Of a stretch of 64,000 nucleotides of DNA, positions 24,858-36,770 are shown piece after piece; position 1 is the first letter of the stretch; each line of letters begins with the position of its first letter. The notes under the pieces are model-generated. The model was not told where the DNA came from, searched no databases, and worked only from the letters and a program-made list of their open reading frames with translations. The stretch covers positions 4,992,389 through 5,056,388 of the forward strand of contig CM121343.1 of NCBI GenBank assembly GCA_051530055.1. The letters run 5' to 3'. The position numbers were made by a program, and so were the translations under genes. The DNA is from Neoechinorhynchus agilis (Eukaryota > Animalia > Acanthocephala).

Positions 24858-26513
24858 TCACTTTAGTCCACTGAGGGGCATTTCCTTAGTCTCCAACTTT
24901 GTACTTTTACAAGCAACACTGCTTTCCTGAGGTTCAACATCATCATCAGAGATTTCCCCATCCTCCTTTTCATCGTTAAGATCAGTCATTTCAGTCTCAT
25001 TAGGATTCACACTAATTTGATTTCCCTTTAGAACTATCGGAGGGTTTATACGTCCCATAAACAATTGCAATCCAACATCAATACCAGCGCGTTCCATTCT
25101 TAGAACAACGTCTCTTAATTTATCTACATCTGAGCTTAACTCATCTCCGTTTGTGTGGTCATTTTCAAAAGTAATATGAGTTCTTATATGAGGAAGTACA
25201 TCACCACAAATCCTATCAGATGGTCGTAGGACTAAAAGAAGATCAAACGTGGAAAGGTCCGCACAATCGTTCATGATTTCACTGAGCGGCATTGCACGAG
25301 GAGGAGGGGGTGGATGCGCTGTTAGTATATCGTGGAATATCTCATCTTCGTCATCATCCGTTGAGCTTGCGGTCTCCAAGCTACCCTTTTTGTCGAGGCT
25401 TATGTCACTCATAAAAGTCTGCACTTTCGATCGCAGTTCAAAAAGTGGTAACCGCCGTTTCGCAACTCTCCTTTGTTTCTTGGACCTCGTAATTGCCGAC
25501 GGATTCAGCTGTTCGTAGGACAGAGAGGTCGACGGATGCAAAAGCGACGGCCGGGGAGTCAAGTAATGAGGGTGGTGGTGATGCTCAAAGTTCGCCATTT
25601 GTGAAATTGTCACCGCTGGAGAAATATGCGCTCTAGTAAGCGGAAGGGCCCTCAGAATCGGAAACAAAGGAGATACTGGCCCACTGTTTGGCCTCACGTT
25701 ATTGGCCATCATTCGCTGTGCGGGGGTATTATTTAAAATATTCCTGGATCCCGGAGTCATGTACATATTGGATCCGGCAAGTGTGTTTGTGGCGCTGGTA
25801 GTAATCGTAGACGAAGGCGGCGGTGGAGGTAACGATTCATTTGTATTTGGTGGTCTCTTGAGCAAAAATGGAAGCATGTATCTCATGGCCGGATTTGTCA
25901 CACAATTATGCAAAACCATTCCATAGACAACTGGATTCGATAAAGCATCCAGCGCCGTCTTTAAAGGTAGCTTTTTAGACGTGTTTGGCTGCGTTTCGCT
26001 TTGTTTGTCAGCCTTAGATGTTGTTTTCTTCTCCTTTCCAGAAAATATAACAGGTTTCGACTTACTATCTTGTTGAAAATCCGAATTAGATTTTGATATC
26101 GAATGCCGAATTTCCACAGTTTTTTCCATTTTCCTAGTAACTTGAGTTCTTATATTAATTGAGATTTTTCCTTTAGATGGTTTGTTCGGACCGCTCGCTG
26201 CAATTTTCCTCTTTCTTTTAAGACCCTTTTCGGCTCGAACCGTCGCAGATATAGTCCGTCTCTCTTTAGGGCTTTCTAACTGATAGCCATGATGGAGACG
26301 ATAACTCTGTATCCACCTAGCTCGGCTCAATCGATGCCTCTTTAAAAGGCACTTAAGAGATTTGTGTTTGATGTTACTTTCGATATTATCCGAGTTCTTT
26401 GTCGTGATTCCATCGCAGTCCAACGGAAGGTTAGAGTGACACCGGTGCATTTCATCAAGACAAAGACTCCAAATTCCTTTAAACTCTTTAAGAACTACTC
26501 CTTCTTCCATCAA
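24858..26513 (-). CDS. Uncharacterised 551-aa protein (basic NLS-like cluster, Pro/His-rich middle, acidic EDGEISDDD motif)
   Basis: Long uninterrupted ATG-initiated ORF in AT-rich DNA; no domain recognised. Confidence 0.75.
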   Translation of the reverse strand: MMEEGVVLKEFKGIWSLCLDEMHRCHSNLPLDCDGITTKNSDNIESNIKHKSLKCLLKRHRLSRARWIQSYRLHHGYQLESPKERRTISATVRAEKGLKRKRKIAASGPNKPSKGKISINIRTQVTRKMEKTVEIRHSISKSNSDFQQDSKSKPVIFSGKEKKTTSKADKQSETQPNTSKKLPLKTALDALSNPVVYGMVLHNCVTNPAMRYMLPFLLKRPPNTNESLPPPPPSSTITTSATNTLAGSNMYMTPGSRNILNNTPAQRMMANNVRPNSGPVSPLFPILRALPLTRAHISPAVTISQMANFEHHHHPHYLTPRPSLLHPSTSLSYEQLNPSAITRSKKQRRVAKRRLPLFELRSKVQTFMSDISLDKKGSLETASSTDDDEDEIFHDILTAHPPPPPRAMPLSEIMNDCADLSTFDLLLVLRPSDRICGDVLPHIRTHITFENDHTNGDELSSDVDKLRDVVLRMERAGIDVGLQLFMGRINPPIVLKGNQISVNPNETEMTDLNDEKEDGEISDDDVEPQESSVACKSTKLETKEMPLSGLK

Positions 26514-26803
26514 AAGACGTTCCCTGTCTCATTCATTTGCGATCACAAAGTAACTTTGTAAATTATTGAAATTTAAAAATATTGGATCAATTCGTATTAT
26601 ATAAAAAAAACATAATGATGGAAGGCATCTTTGTTGCGTACTCGCATTGTTTAGTATATATAGATTTTTCCAAAACGTTCCCGAGTACGATGTTTTATTT
26701 TGGGCTTCTTCGGGGACTCTCCCTCGCTCCGGATAAAATAAAATATCGTACTTAGGAATGTTTTGGAAAAATCTATTTATAATAAAAAAAACATTTAAAT
26801 TTT

Positions 26804-27068
26804 TCCTCTTGTGGCGATTCACATCCCGAGAATCAGTTTTATTTCGTAATATTCCGGATACCCAATCGTAGGGGGTTCGTGCGGCATTTAACGCTCCAAT
26901 TCACGGGAATGGCAATTCCGCGATCCCGAGCCATACAGAGCAAACGGAAATAGGCTAATGCAATCTATGTTTCGGTTTTTCAGATGACAATGTTTTAAAA
27001 GATGGGTTTTTCCCACGAAATATTACAAAATAAAACTGATTCTCGGGGTGCGAATCGCCACAAGAGGA
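26804..27068. mobile_element. MITE with about 50-bp terminal inverted repeats
   Basis: 26805-26853 and 27019-27067 are inverted copies (CCTCTTGTGGCGATTC..GTAATATT) with 3 mismatches; non-coding interior; no clear TSD. Confidence 0.85.
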
Positions 27069-27266
27069 TTACTTTTCACCCGAATGTTATTATGAAGGAT
27101 ATTTAAAGTTCTGTTTCGTTATGATACCCTTAGGCACCATGTCTTTAGTTTTAATTCAGGGTTAAAAACCATTTAGAGAGAACAATTCGATTATAGGAGT
27201 TCGCATTGGGATACGGGCCAAATTGATTAGTAAAAATAAGCGGATTGATTTAAATCACATCCTCAA

Positions 27267-27548
27267 TCAGCGAATGAATGCATTAATATCATCAGTGAGA
27301 TCATCCCGTCTAAGATTCCGGACGTATTTAGTGAGTTTCCGCTTAAGAAAGCGCCGTTTGATGAATAGTTCTCTTAATTTGACGTGATTTTCATCCGACT
27401 GCTCGCTTAAACTGCATTTGCAACCCAACCGAACGGATTGTGCGGCTTCTTCGTCGCTTAGGACTTCACCTTCTTCTTCATCAGTCAACAGAGGACTCAA
27501 AGTCATCGGATCGTCGTCACTACAAACGAACATTGATAGTGAGTTCAA
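27267..27548 (-). CDS. Probable terminal exon of an unidentified gene (acidic stretch then basic helix)
   Basis: Open frame ..LTDEEEGEVLSDEE..LRELFIKRRFLKRKLTKY..; upstream exons not resolved. Confidence 0.35.
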   Translation of the reverse strand: MNSLSMFVCSDDDPMTLSPLLTDEEEGEVLSDEEAAQSVRLGCKCSLSEQSDENHVKLRELFIKRRFLKRKLTKYVRNLRRDDLTDDINAFIR

Positions 27549-29616
27549 ATCCGTCTATAAAAACCAATAGAGTTGTAGAACACCAAAAGGTTTCTTTTTA
27601 AAATTACCCAAAAACCTGCCAATGAATGAGATGTCTTCATTCAATCCTAATCGGTTCTCTCATCAAATTACGAGCCGCGTTTCACAAATCCGAAAATAAA
27701 AGAAGCAATCATATATAATAATAACAACACGTTGGCGTTCAACGATTCATGTTACAAATAAACAACAATAAATACTAATTAGTCATAAACAATGAAGAGA
27801 AGCGCAACTAAAAGAAACCTATAATTTTTTGGATTGCAATTCTGATGCCCAAAGAAGCGGTTGAAGTCACTACCTAATTACGGAAGAAAGCAATCACGTT
27901 CAGCCGGCCAATTTACGTTTTCGGCGTTCGTTTTCACCGCTGTTGATGATTTTCAATCGGAGATGTGCCATTTATGGCTTCGGGTTTTCGCCTTTTTGTT
28001 TTGTTCAGTTGGGTAAATAAAGATATTCAGGCCATCGCTCTGATTCTAGCCAATAAATCCGAATTCGGGTTTTCAACTTAGCTTAATTGCAAAGCGAGAT
28101 TTCTTAGGTGTGGAAATAGTAATTTGAATGCTCAGTGTGGTCGTAAGATCGAATCCCATTAAGAAATCTCGACATCATTAAAACTCCTTTGGGAAAATAC
28201 GCAGAATTCATTAATTTTCTCTAAAAAAAATGTTGTCGTTAATGGAATTGCTCTTTTCGAACGTCTGATTCGGACTGAGCGGGTTTGTGACTTCTAACAG
28301 TAATAGAACTTTTGAATGGATCGCCTTTACGATCCATCGAAACCAATTTGGATAAACATGTCACTTCTCGGCAAAGAACGGAGCATTCGGTCGCACATTT
28401 GACCGAAGTTGAGATTGTTTTCTGACACTTCATAAGATTGAGCATAAGAAATATATCCACATTTTGACGCCATGATTCTTTGAATACGTTTGAGTGCCAA
28501 ATTGGTGAAGGCAAAATTAAGTCTTATTTTTATGAAACAGATTACAGTCAGGTATTTCAGTTAATTGCTATTTTTCAAATGACACAAATTACGTTGATTT
28601 CAGAATAATGTTTTTTGATTAAATTCATTAATAAATTTTATTGTAGATTGCATGCAGGTTGTTAGATATGTTGTGTTTGATGATTTTTGGTTCAATTTTT
28701 AACATTGGAAACTTGGAAATTGAGGACCCCAATTATTATGGATATATTTCAAGGAAAACCACCGATAAAAACTATTTCGGATGTAATTCAGAATGAATCA
28801 CGACAAGAACGACGTTCTCTATATCGAAAATTCCATCGACCTATAAAATACGTTTGAAGATTGAATTGTTTATATTGGTTGTTTTATATGGCGAAGAAAT
28901 TAAAATGATTTTATTTTAAAACTGCCGATTGAAAGAGGCACAATCTTGTACGCCTTTTGATCAAGGTTGTTTCGCAAGTTTGTCACAACCTTGACAAAGG
29001 CACAAAATTGTGCCGAAATATCGAATTTTAAAATAAAATCATTTCATCTTCTTCGACAGAAAACAACCACTTATAAAAGAGTCGATATACACATTGAAAT
29101 GGCTAACACGATGGAAGGTTCCCTCAAATTCCCTGTAGTTGATCTAAATTCACCCAGGGAGGCAGCCTTAAAAAGTTGACGATCCCGGTTTCCCGCGAGT
29201 CAAAACGAAAACAACAACGTCGTTTGTTTTGTGACCATAATTGTTTAGATAGAATTGATAAAATGACTCAGAAAATGAGTCGAAATACATTCGTCTTTAA
29301 TAATTTATTATGAGTTAGAATCATTTTACATCAATTATCCAGCGTAGTTATGAAAATCGGATGAATACCTTCGACTTGTTGATGCTTAACCGACATTATT
29401 CTACTACTTCCCAGCCATCGTTTCGTCCCGACTAACCGTTTCACTGAGAAGTAAAATTGTTCATTTACGTCTGATAAGTTTGGTCAAAGATTCCTCACAT
29501 ATTTCGCTTATACTGAGTTTTGATTCCTCTGGTCATAGAGCTCAATAATCTGATGAACTCGCCCACATTAGAAGCATACTCAGAAATCATGAAGTTTGTA
29601 ACATTTCAGATACCCA

Positions 29617-31758
29617 ATGGATCCTTCCTTTAGACAGGATGGAGTCTATTTACACAGTTCACTAACTCCAGAAACGGAACCGCAATGGATTGAGGGTTCT
29701 TTATGTTTGAACCAATCAACCATTGCGTGGAAGTGTTTAAAGGTACTGCGCCGACCTTTTGTTTATTGTTTGGACTGTAATTCTCTTCCAGAATGATGAT
29801 TGGTCATTTGCTATCGACCTAAGATCATTGTCCTTTTATGACGACTCCGAAAAACATGAAAAAGAGTATGAGAATTTATAACCTTTCAAGAGTGCCTTGG
29901 TGTGACTACTCATTGATCATTTAAACTTGCAACACAAATGCAGTAAACAAAATTATTATTTGAAAAGTAAACCGATGCTTCTTGACTGGCATAACTGTAA
30001 ATATCGTCTGAAATGCCTTTGGGAAATCAGCGCAAAATTTAACCCGTTCCGCTCGATCGAAAAGTAGTTATTCAAAGTGTTATCGCGTTATTAAGTTGTT
30101 AAAATTGCATCTTTGTTTTATTTCATTGCTATAATACGCATGGTAATGGTGAAGACAGTAATATTTAGTTTAAATCCTAATAAGACACCTTTTTGAACTC
30201 TTGTGAATCCACTTTTTTCCATCCTTCTAAACCTTGGATTTCATGGAATCGAGGAACCTGCCTAAAAACCGCCAGTCTCTTTGCTTTTTTGACTATTGAA
30301 TCACGTTTGCTCAAAGCAAAACGTGAATTGTTTCAAGTCTAATTTACATGCAAGTGAAGAAAGAGTAGTCCCAGGCACTTGACTCCATTTCGGTAGTAGC
30401 TTAGCAAATATTAAATTTCAGTTCAATGCTTCAGCTTCATTTGGTATCATCTTCCTATGGCTATAACGGTCCTTCAGTAGTCCAGCTTGTTTTCAAGCGA
30501 GGTGGATTTGTTTCGGTGAGCTCAAGGAGTGGATTTTTACGCTTTTGGGGTGAATTAACTTACATTTCAGTTCGTAAGGAGTCTTGAGATGGTACTCTCT
30601 CGCTTACGTCAGCAGCCACCATCAGTTCAGAAATCGCGTTCTTGCTCAACACCAGAAGCTAATGAGTTGTTTGTTCAAGGTCAAAATACGGCGGTATTTA
30701 TTTTCTTTAAAAGCAGGCCATAACTACAGTCTACCATACTGAACATAGAGCACTGGAATAGCTTCAATCGAAAAATACATCCACCATAGCCTTAATGTCC
30801 AATCTGAGCGAATAACAACTGCATTTACGGACATAAAGGGGCTGCTAAAAATGGCAGGAGAGATGGTAGAAATCTGCAAAAGTATAACCAAAAAGCTTAT
30901 GGATTCCAGTGGAGAGAAACTTACCAGAAATGAGGTTGAGTTTAAAAATTCAAAACATTTATTCTAAACACTCATGATCGTGATCGTTAGATTTCGATGT
31001 TTAGGTCATATATGACAAATCTTGGCGTGACGGAAAACCCAGTTGTGAAATCCGGATCAGGATCAAACTTTCATCGCCTTTTATGTCATGAGATCATTGA
31101 TTTGGCTTTGAAGGCAATGAAGGTAGTGTACTTTGTTCGCCGTGAAAATTTTATTAGTTTAATTTGTAGGACCAAGATCGAAAAGTGATTCCAATGTCAG
31201 AGATATACTGTTGTGTCAATCGAGTTATCGAGGAATTCTCAGGTCTTGTTAGTCACTGAGAATTTCTCTTGGAGAGGACTGGATTTAGTTTCACCGGATG
31301 ACGTTGTAAAGGCATGTGGACTAATTGGAGATGATTACCGATTAAGGTCTGGGCAGTCCTTGTAGTATTTGCCTTTCTAATATATCTGCATTAAGAATGC
31401 AGCAATTGAGTGACGGTTCACTTGTGCTGGAACTAAATCCAATCGAAACCTCAAAGGCACTGAAAAAAGCAATAATTCAATTTGTAAGTCATCCCGGCAA
31501 ACCAACAATATGCCAATACGGCTAGATTTATAAATCGAGCAGACCAGCGATGTTGGTAGTATAAGTATTTTTCAGTGCGCGAATGTATGTTCTGTGGGCG
31601 TATCAACCGCAAAAGAGAGGTAAAATGATTTTGATTTTCCCTCAGTTAAGATTTTCCGTTTAAGATTGCTAGAATTGGAACGATGTGGCGAATTATGTCG
31701 CGATTTGAGTATTGAAGGCTTGCGTTTTTATCCCAATTGGTTTCTGTGCACAAAGTGA
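29617..31758 (+). CDS. VPS36: ESCRT-II subunit VPS36/EAP45, multi-exon
   Basis: Spliced segments [58 protein letters not shown] and C-terminal [17 protein letters not shown] match VPS36; GLUE-like N-terminal exons. Start codon tentative. Confidence 0.88.
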
Positions 31759-33056
31759 ACACGTTGCTTATCTACTCAGTATCACAGGTTCTTTGTATCA
31801 CTAAAATGAATACTTTTGTTGCGCGATTTCAGGGATTTTGAGCAGTCTGCTTTTTGTTTGCGTATTTTGAAAATGCCTAAACTTACTGTACTGCAAGGCT
31901 TATTGTATCATTTGAAGAATAACTGATGATGATTGTTAATTAAAGATTAACTGTTGCATGTTATCAAGTTTTGTTTTCGAAAATTGACACTTAGGCGCGC
32001 TGTTGTAATTATAAAGAAAAATAAAATATTTCTGAGCTTTCGCCTTTTTACGGCTTCTTCAAGAATTGCTAATGGAAAATAATGAAGTTATGTAGCCTTT
32101 GTCGCAATGGAAGTTTAATTTGACTATTTCTTAATATTCTAACAATCCACGAAGAAGCCGTAAGACGGCAAAAACTCGGAAATAAAGATTTTTGTTATCA
32201 TAATGACCGGCCAAAGTGTCCATTTTCGAAAGCAAAACTTGATCAATCATGTGGCTGGAACATTAAATAGTATTTAGCAAAGAAATAATATATACAAAAC
32301 AGTTATAATCGTTAACTTTTGTGGAAAATTCCTAGTTTTAAGTTACGGCTAAAAATAGGACTCCATTAATGGGCTTTTAAATACGATACTTATGCCCGGT
32401 ATTATTTCACCGTTATTTGGAAAAGCATAACGAATGCTTTTCATCCTCAGTACCCGACTCTTTTGTATTTAAAGTGGTGGAAAAATTAAAGGAATTTATT
32501 GAATCCGATATTCAACAACCGGTCAAAGGGTTCATTTTCGAAAAAAGAATTTTGCAAATTTCACAGTAAAAGTCAAACAGTTGGTATGCTTTCAATTGTT
32601 GGATAAAAATTAAGGTTGAATATCTTACGTTGTTCCTAGTGATTTCCAATGTCGAGAATTTACTTTGTAAATTTTTTGACTAAAAAACAGAGTAAAATTG
32701 AATTTTATTGCCGTCCTTAAGATTAACGTCACACTTCGACGCTAATAAGTTTCACAGGCGACGTCGCTCCACTTTTTATCATATCCGTCGCCATGATTGA
32801 CTGTAAATGATGTAATTTTTTTATCTATACTCATATATTTTATCCTCCAGATTGTAAAATAATAAGAACGATTTTTAACCAGAAAATACCGATGCAAGAA
32901 ACAAAAGGGCTTATATCTTAGTTAAGCGATTAATTTCCCATGACAGAATCCACCATCGTGATTTTCTGCAATACTGCAATTGAAATCAAATGATCCTCAA
33001 AGTTTTTCGGTTCAATGAAAAATTTCATGAAGAGTAATCAGTTAGGTTTTTTGTAG

Positions 33057-33425
33057 ATGTCCAGCATGGAGATGGATTCAGTGGACGTCCAAGAGGAATC
33101 CAAAATTAAAGCACGATTTAAGGATACGTCATTTGAGATTTACAGGCGTTTTCGTCGTCAATTTATTCAGCAATATAATCGAAAATCGCCTACTACAATC
33201 AGACAGACGAGTACGGGCGGATTGCAAGCTGCTTTTGATCGCAAACCGATAGATGTTCAGGATGCAGACTGTACAGTAATCGCCAAATCACGGAAAGAGA
33301 GTGGAAGAAAAACTTCTAGGGCGAAAAAGCTATTTAATAGACTTATCTTAAACACTCCAGAAATCCCGGTGTTCCTGAACGTCCTGGAGAGCGACAACCG
33401 TCCGGAAAAAAACAACGCCGATTGA
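33057..33425 (+). CDS. Uncharacterised 122-aa ORF, possibly a last exon
   Basis: Open frame directly after an acceptor (TTTTTGTAG); no family recognised. Confidence 0.4.
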   Translation: MSSMEMDSVDVQEESKIKARFKDTSFEIYRRFRRQFIQQYNRKSPTTIRQTSTGGLQAAFDRKPIDVQDADCTVIAKSRKESGRKTSRAKKLFNRLILNTPEIPVFLNVLESDNRPEKNNAD

Positions 33426-33544
33426 TTCGTCAATCGTAAAAAAAACGCAAATCGATTTTTTTGAATTCTATTTTGAAATTTTTCGTTGTGTGTGTGTGAC
33501 GGTTAAAAGCTTAAAGTGCACATATTTAAATTTTTATCACCGAA

Positions 33545-34024
33545 ATGGCACGCCCAAAGGTCAGTAATCCAAAGAAGAGTACGACGAGCACTGGAGTTCC
33601 TACTGCGCGAAAGACGGTGGAGGGTGCTGGTGTCCATGCAGCTATGAAAACAGTCAATAAATCGGGGATTAATGCTGCTAAAAAGACCGGGAGTGGTAAT
33701 ATGGGGTTGCCAAAGAAACCATACCGCTATAAGGCAGGAACCGTGGCAGTGCGAGAAATAAGACGATATCAAAGATCAACGGAATTATTAATCAAAAAAA
33801 CTCCTTTCCAGCGCCTTGTGCGCGAAATAGCTCAAGATATTAAACCTGATTTGAGATTTCAAAGTCAAGCTATAGGAGCGCTGCAGGAGGCCACTGAGGC
33901 ATTCATGGTAAGGATGTTTGAAGATGCTAATTTATGTGCAATACATGGAAAAAGGGTTACCATAATGCCGAAGGATATTCAACTTGCAATGCGAATTAGA
34001 GGGACACGGTACTTAAACAAATAG
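33545..34024 (+). CDS. Divergent histone H3 variant with extended N-terminal tail, intronless
   Basis: Histone fold [94 protein letters not shown]; downstream AATAAA near 34053; no histone stem-loop seen. Confidence 0.93.
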   Translation: MARPKVSNPKKSTTSTGVPTARKTVEGAGVHAAMKTVNKSGINAAKKTGSGNMGLPKKPYRYKAGTVAVREIRRYQRSTELLIKKTPFQRLVREIAQDIKPDLRFQSQAIGALQEATEAFMVRMFEDANLCAIHGKRVTIMPKDIQLAMRIRGTRYLNK

Positions 34025-34438
34025 ACCATCTAAAAGTGTGCCAATTTTAAAAATAAACCGCTGTTTTATTGCAAAATGGGACACAATGAATGCGAACTTT
34101 AAGGCCGTTCGTATTTAAGAAATTGATCGCTTGTGAGCGTTATTATAAGTAGGTATTAAACTGAGGAAATGGGGCTTTAAAAGATCAGGGATAGTGTTCG
34201 AGAATACCTTTTTACGCTTCGTTTTGGATTGGCAGCGATGTGATCAATGCACAAAACAACTGCGATTATTTTTGCAGTTTGATAGGATTCTCTAAGGTGA
34301 GTGGAAATTGCTACTACAACAACCTAAATAGATTTTAAAGGATTTGAATGTTCAATGCCGTGTGCTTTGGGCATTACAACCACCTCTTCGGGTGCTTTTA
34401 ACTGAAAATAAAGGCGAAATTTATGAAGGAAATGTTGG

Positions 34439-36393
34439 TTACGGGTTTAAATTTCGATTTTTTACAATTTCGTTAATTTCGGAGCGACTTGCAAGATGTG
34501 CCTGCTCTACGCATCTACTGATTGCGCTCGAGATGAGTTCGTCATAAAGAACCTCTAAGAATCGGTCGGCATTCGAATCACTAAACTGTGAATTGGAATC
34601 AAAATGAACTAGAGTTTCCATTGTAGCATACAACTGTGTTTTAAAAATGAAACCATTGAGTTGAATTTGCCTCAAGTCTTCCTGTTTGATTGTACACAGT
34701 CGTACGGTTTCGATTAGTGCATGAAACACATTGGAAGCGAGCCGTTTACGGATACAATCTTTAGCTCGTACCCGAAAAAGATCGTAAATCTACAATAATT
34801 CTGTTTAAGATTCAACTCATCTTCGGATGGCAACAGTGAACAAATTGAGAGACAGTAAGAATTAATGTCATCGAATAGCTCATCAAGCTTGAAAATACTG
34901 ATAAAATCGTCACTGATTAGATATTTATTGGCTGCGTTAGTCATCTCTATGATCATCCTCTCAAAGGACTTATTGCGCAAAATCACAAGTTCGGTCTTGG
35001 ACTTAAGATCGGCGTTTTCCAAAAACAAATTCAGCGCTTTGATAACGTTCATAAGGACATTCACGCCCGATTGTAAGTCACTTGACAAGATTCTAGTGCA
35101 TGTCCGATGCCATAGGCTCAAAACTAAGTCACAGTGACCGCTATTAAATCGCAGATCGTTAATTGTTGACACCTTTGAATCTAACTCTTTAGTGGCAGTG
35201 TTAAGAGAATTCATATTGGATTCAAACCACGATATAATTGATTCCATGATACATTCAGTCATTATTTTTGAAATCCGGTTCAACATCGATAAAAAAAACG
35301 CACTAGGTTATGCGGAGGAACCTCAACTTTGCATATTTAGAATCACAACAAAATCGACTTCCTCGCAATTTTTGTCCAGTTTTAAACTGTTAATAGCTGA
35401 AAACACAGTTTTACTATTTGGTATACCGCATAATAGTTTTCTAAGAAGATCATCGACTAGATCATCCCATAACGACTTTTGAAAAGTATCCATTTCACCG
35501 TCAAGAATACGTTCCATTGTGGATTCATAATCAATCAATATCCTGCAAACCTCAGCGATAAATCCGTTTTCATCCACTATAAAACCATTCAGATCTCGCT
35601 CTAAAACCATGGCACAATCCCTTATTATGAGAGCAGGATCTTCTCCAAGGGCTGATCTTAGACGCAATGCGTCGATAGCATCATAATTCTTCGATTTGAC
35701 ATAATCAATCAAATGGCCTTTTTGAGACATCCATAGTGTAAATCTCGACGCAAACGCTCTCGACTCTTTATAGTTCCTAAAGACGGTATCTAATGCAAAA
35801 CACAACGTGCGAATCGAGTGCACTTTTAATTGATCGATCAATACCAGTAGATGATTTGAGAGTCGATTCGTATCGGTGGCGTCGTTCAGTGCTCTCAATC
35901 GCTTGATCATGGCTGCCATACCAGTGGGATTCAGAGCGCTGCTCATTGTCTGCTCCCGATCACCATGGCCAACCTGCTGAAGACATTCGATCGCGTTCAA
36001 TGAACTCTCGTTGTTATTGCAGATACTTTTCAACTTCTCGATTCCATGTCCAAACTCACTTTTCATCGAAGAACTAATCCGACTGAGAATAATCGCTGTC
36101 CTTATCAAACGACTATAACTTTCGTATACGGTCGCTTGCACATCACCACCCAAGTGCATGAGCTGCTGCGTGATTTGTCCTTCAAGTTTGATCAGCTCGT
36201 CGAGATCCATGTTCCGATTGAACAGTATTTCCGACAAAAACCGATCCGAATTGAAATTCTTATCTCTAAGTGCATAAAGGATGTCGTCATCCATCTCACG
36301 CAAATGAACATTTCGTCCTTTGAACCAACATGAAACGTCGGACTGACAAGAATCTTCTACGGTGATAGCGCCGCTTCTCATCTTAGGTGCCAA
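34439..36393 (-). CDS. VPS51: GARP/EARP complex subunit VPS51 (Ang2/fat-free), three exons
   Basis: N-terminal FNSDRFLSEIL..LGGDVQATVYESYSRLI resembles the Vps51 domain; C-terminal ALIETVRLCTIKQEDLRQIQLN..LYDELISSAISRC resembles the VPS51 end. Confidence 0.78.
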
Positions 36394-36621
36394 AAAGAAG
36401 AATACAAAACGCTTTTCATTCTCTCAAATAATATCAAACATCGAAATGGGTGACTTAAGTTGCGATCTGAGGATTCGCTCGTGACTATTGTTTACAGGCC
36501 GCTTCGAAAATGTCCATTTGGACGTGAAATACAACCGAATGCGCCAAACTACACTTTAAACCATGAAATCGACCGGTTTTTTGTTTGTCGTGTAAAGCGT
36601 TAAAAAATACACTTGGACTGG

Positions 36622-36704
36622 CGAGTGGAATTATTGTTAAGATGTCTTCACCCGCGGTAAATGATTTTGTTTGTTAAAGACGTTCTGCGAACAGTTTGTT
36701 TCAA
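36622..36704 (-). mobile_element. Left (inverted) arm of a family-1 Penelope-like mini-element
   Basis: Minus strand AAACAAACTG-TTCGCAGAACGTCTTTAA..CATTTACCGCGGGTGAAGACATCTTAACAATAATTCC, homologous to 39121-39230; hammerhead 5' core deleted. Confidence 0.78.
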
Positions 36705-36770
36705 CAACAACACGTTTTATTTTGTGTAAGAAGAGGACTCATGTACCTCTGAGTCCTCGCAATCACTTTG
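36705..36770 (-). mobile_element. LINE (L2-like) 3' terminus with stem-loop and (GTT)n tail
   Basis: Perfect 9-bp hairpin GAGGACTCA-GAGGTACA-TGAGTCCTC, then AATAAAACGTGTTGTTGTTG, as in the other LINE ends. Confidence 0.82.

Noticed and set aside
28967-29179. 2OG-Fe(II) oxygenase N-terminus (FPVVDL)
   Set aside because: Only a six-residue resemblance; no downstream HxD..H exons found before VPS36.
30997-31188. SNF8/VPS22
   Set aside because: Flanking exons and the C-terminal EGLRFYPN identify the paralogous subunit VPS36.
33545-34024. Firm CENP-A/CenH3 call
   Set aside because: Q68, F84 and loop-1 length are canonical H3; only T107A and the tail are CenH3-like.
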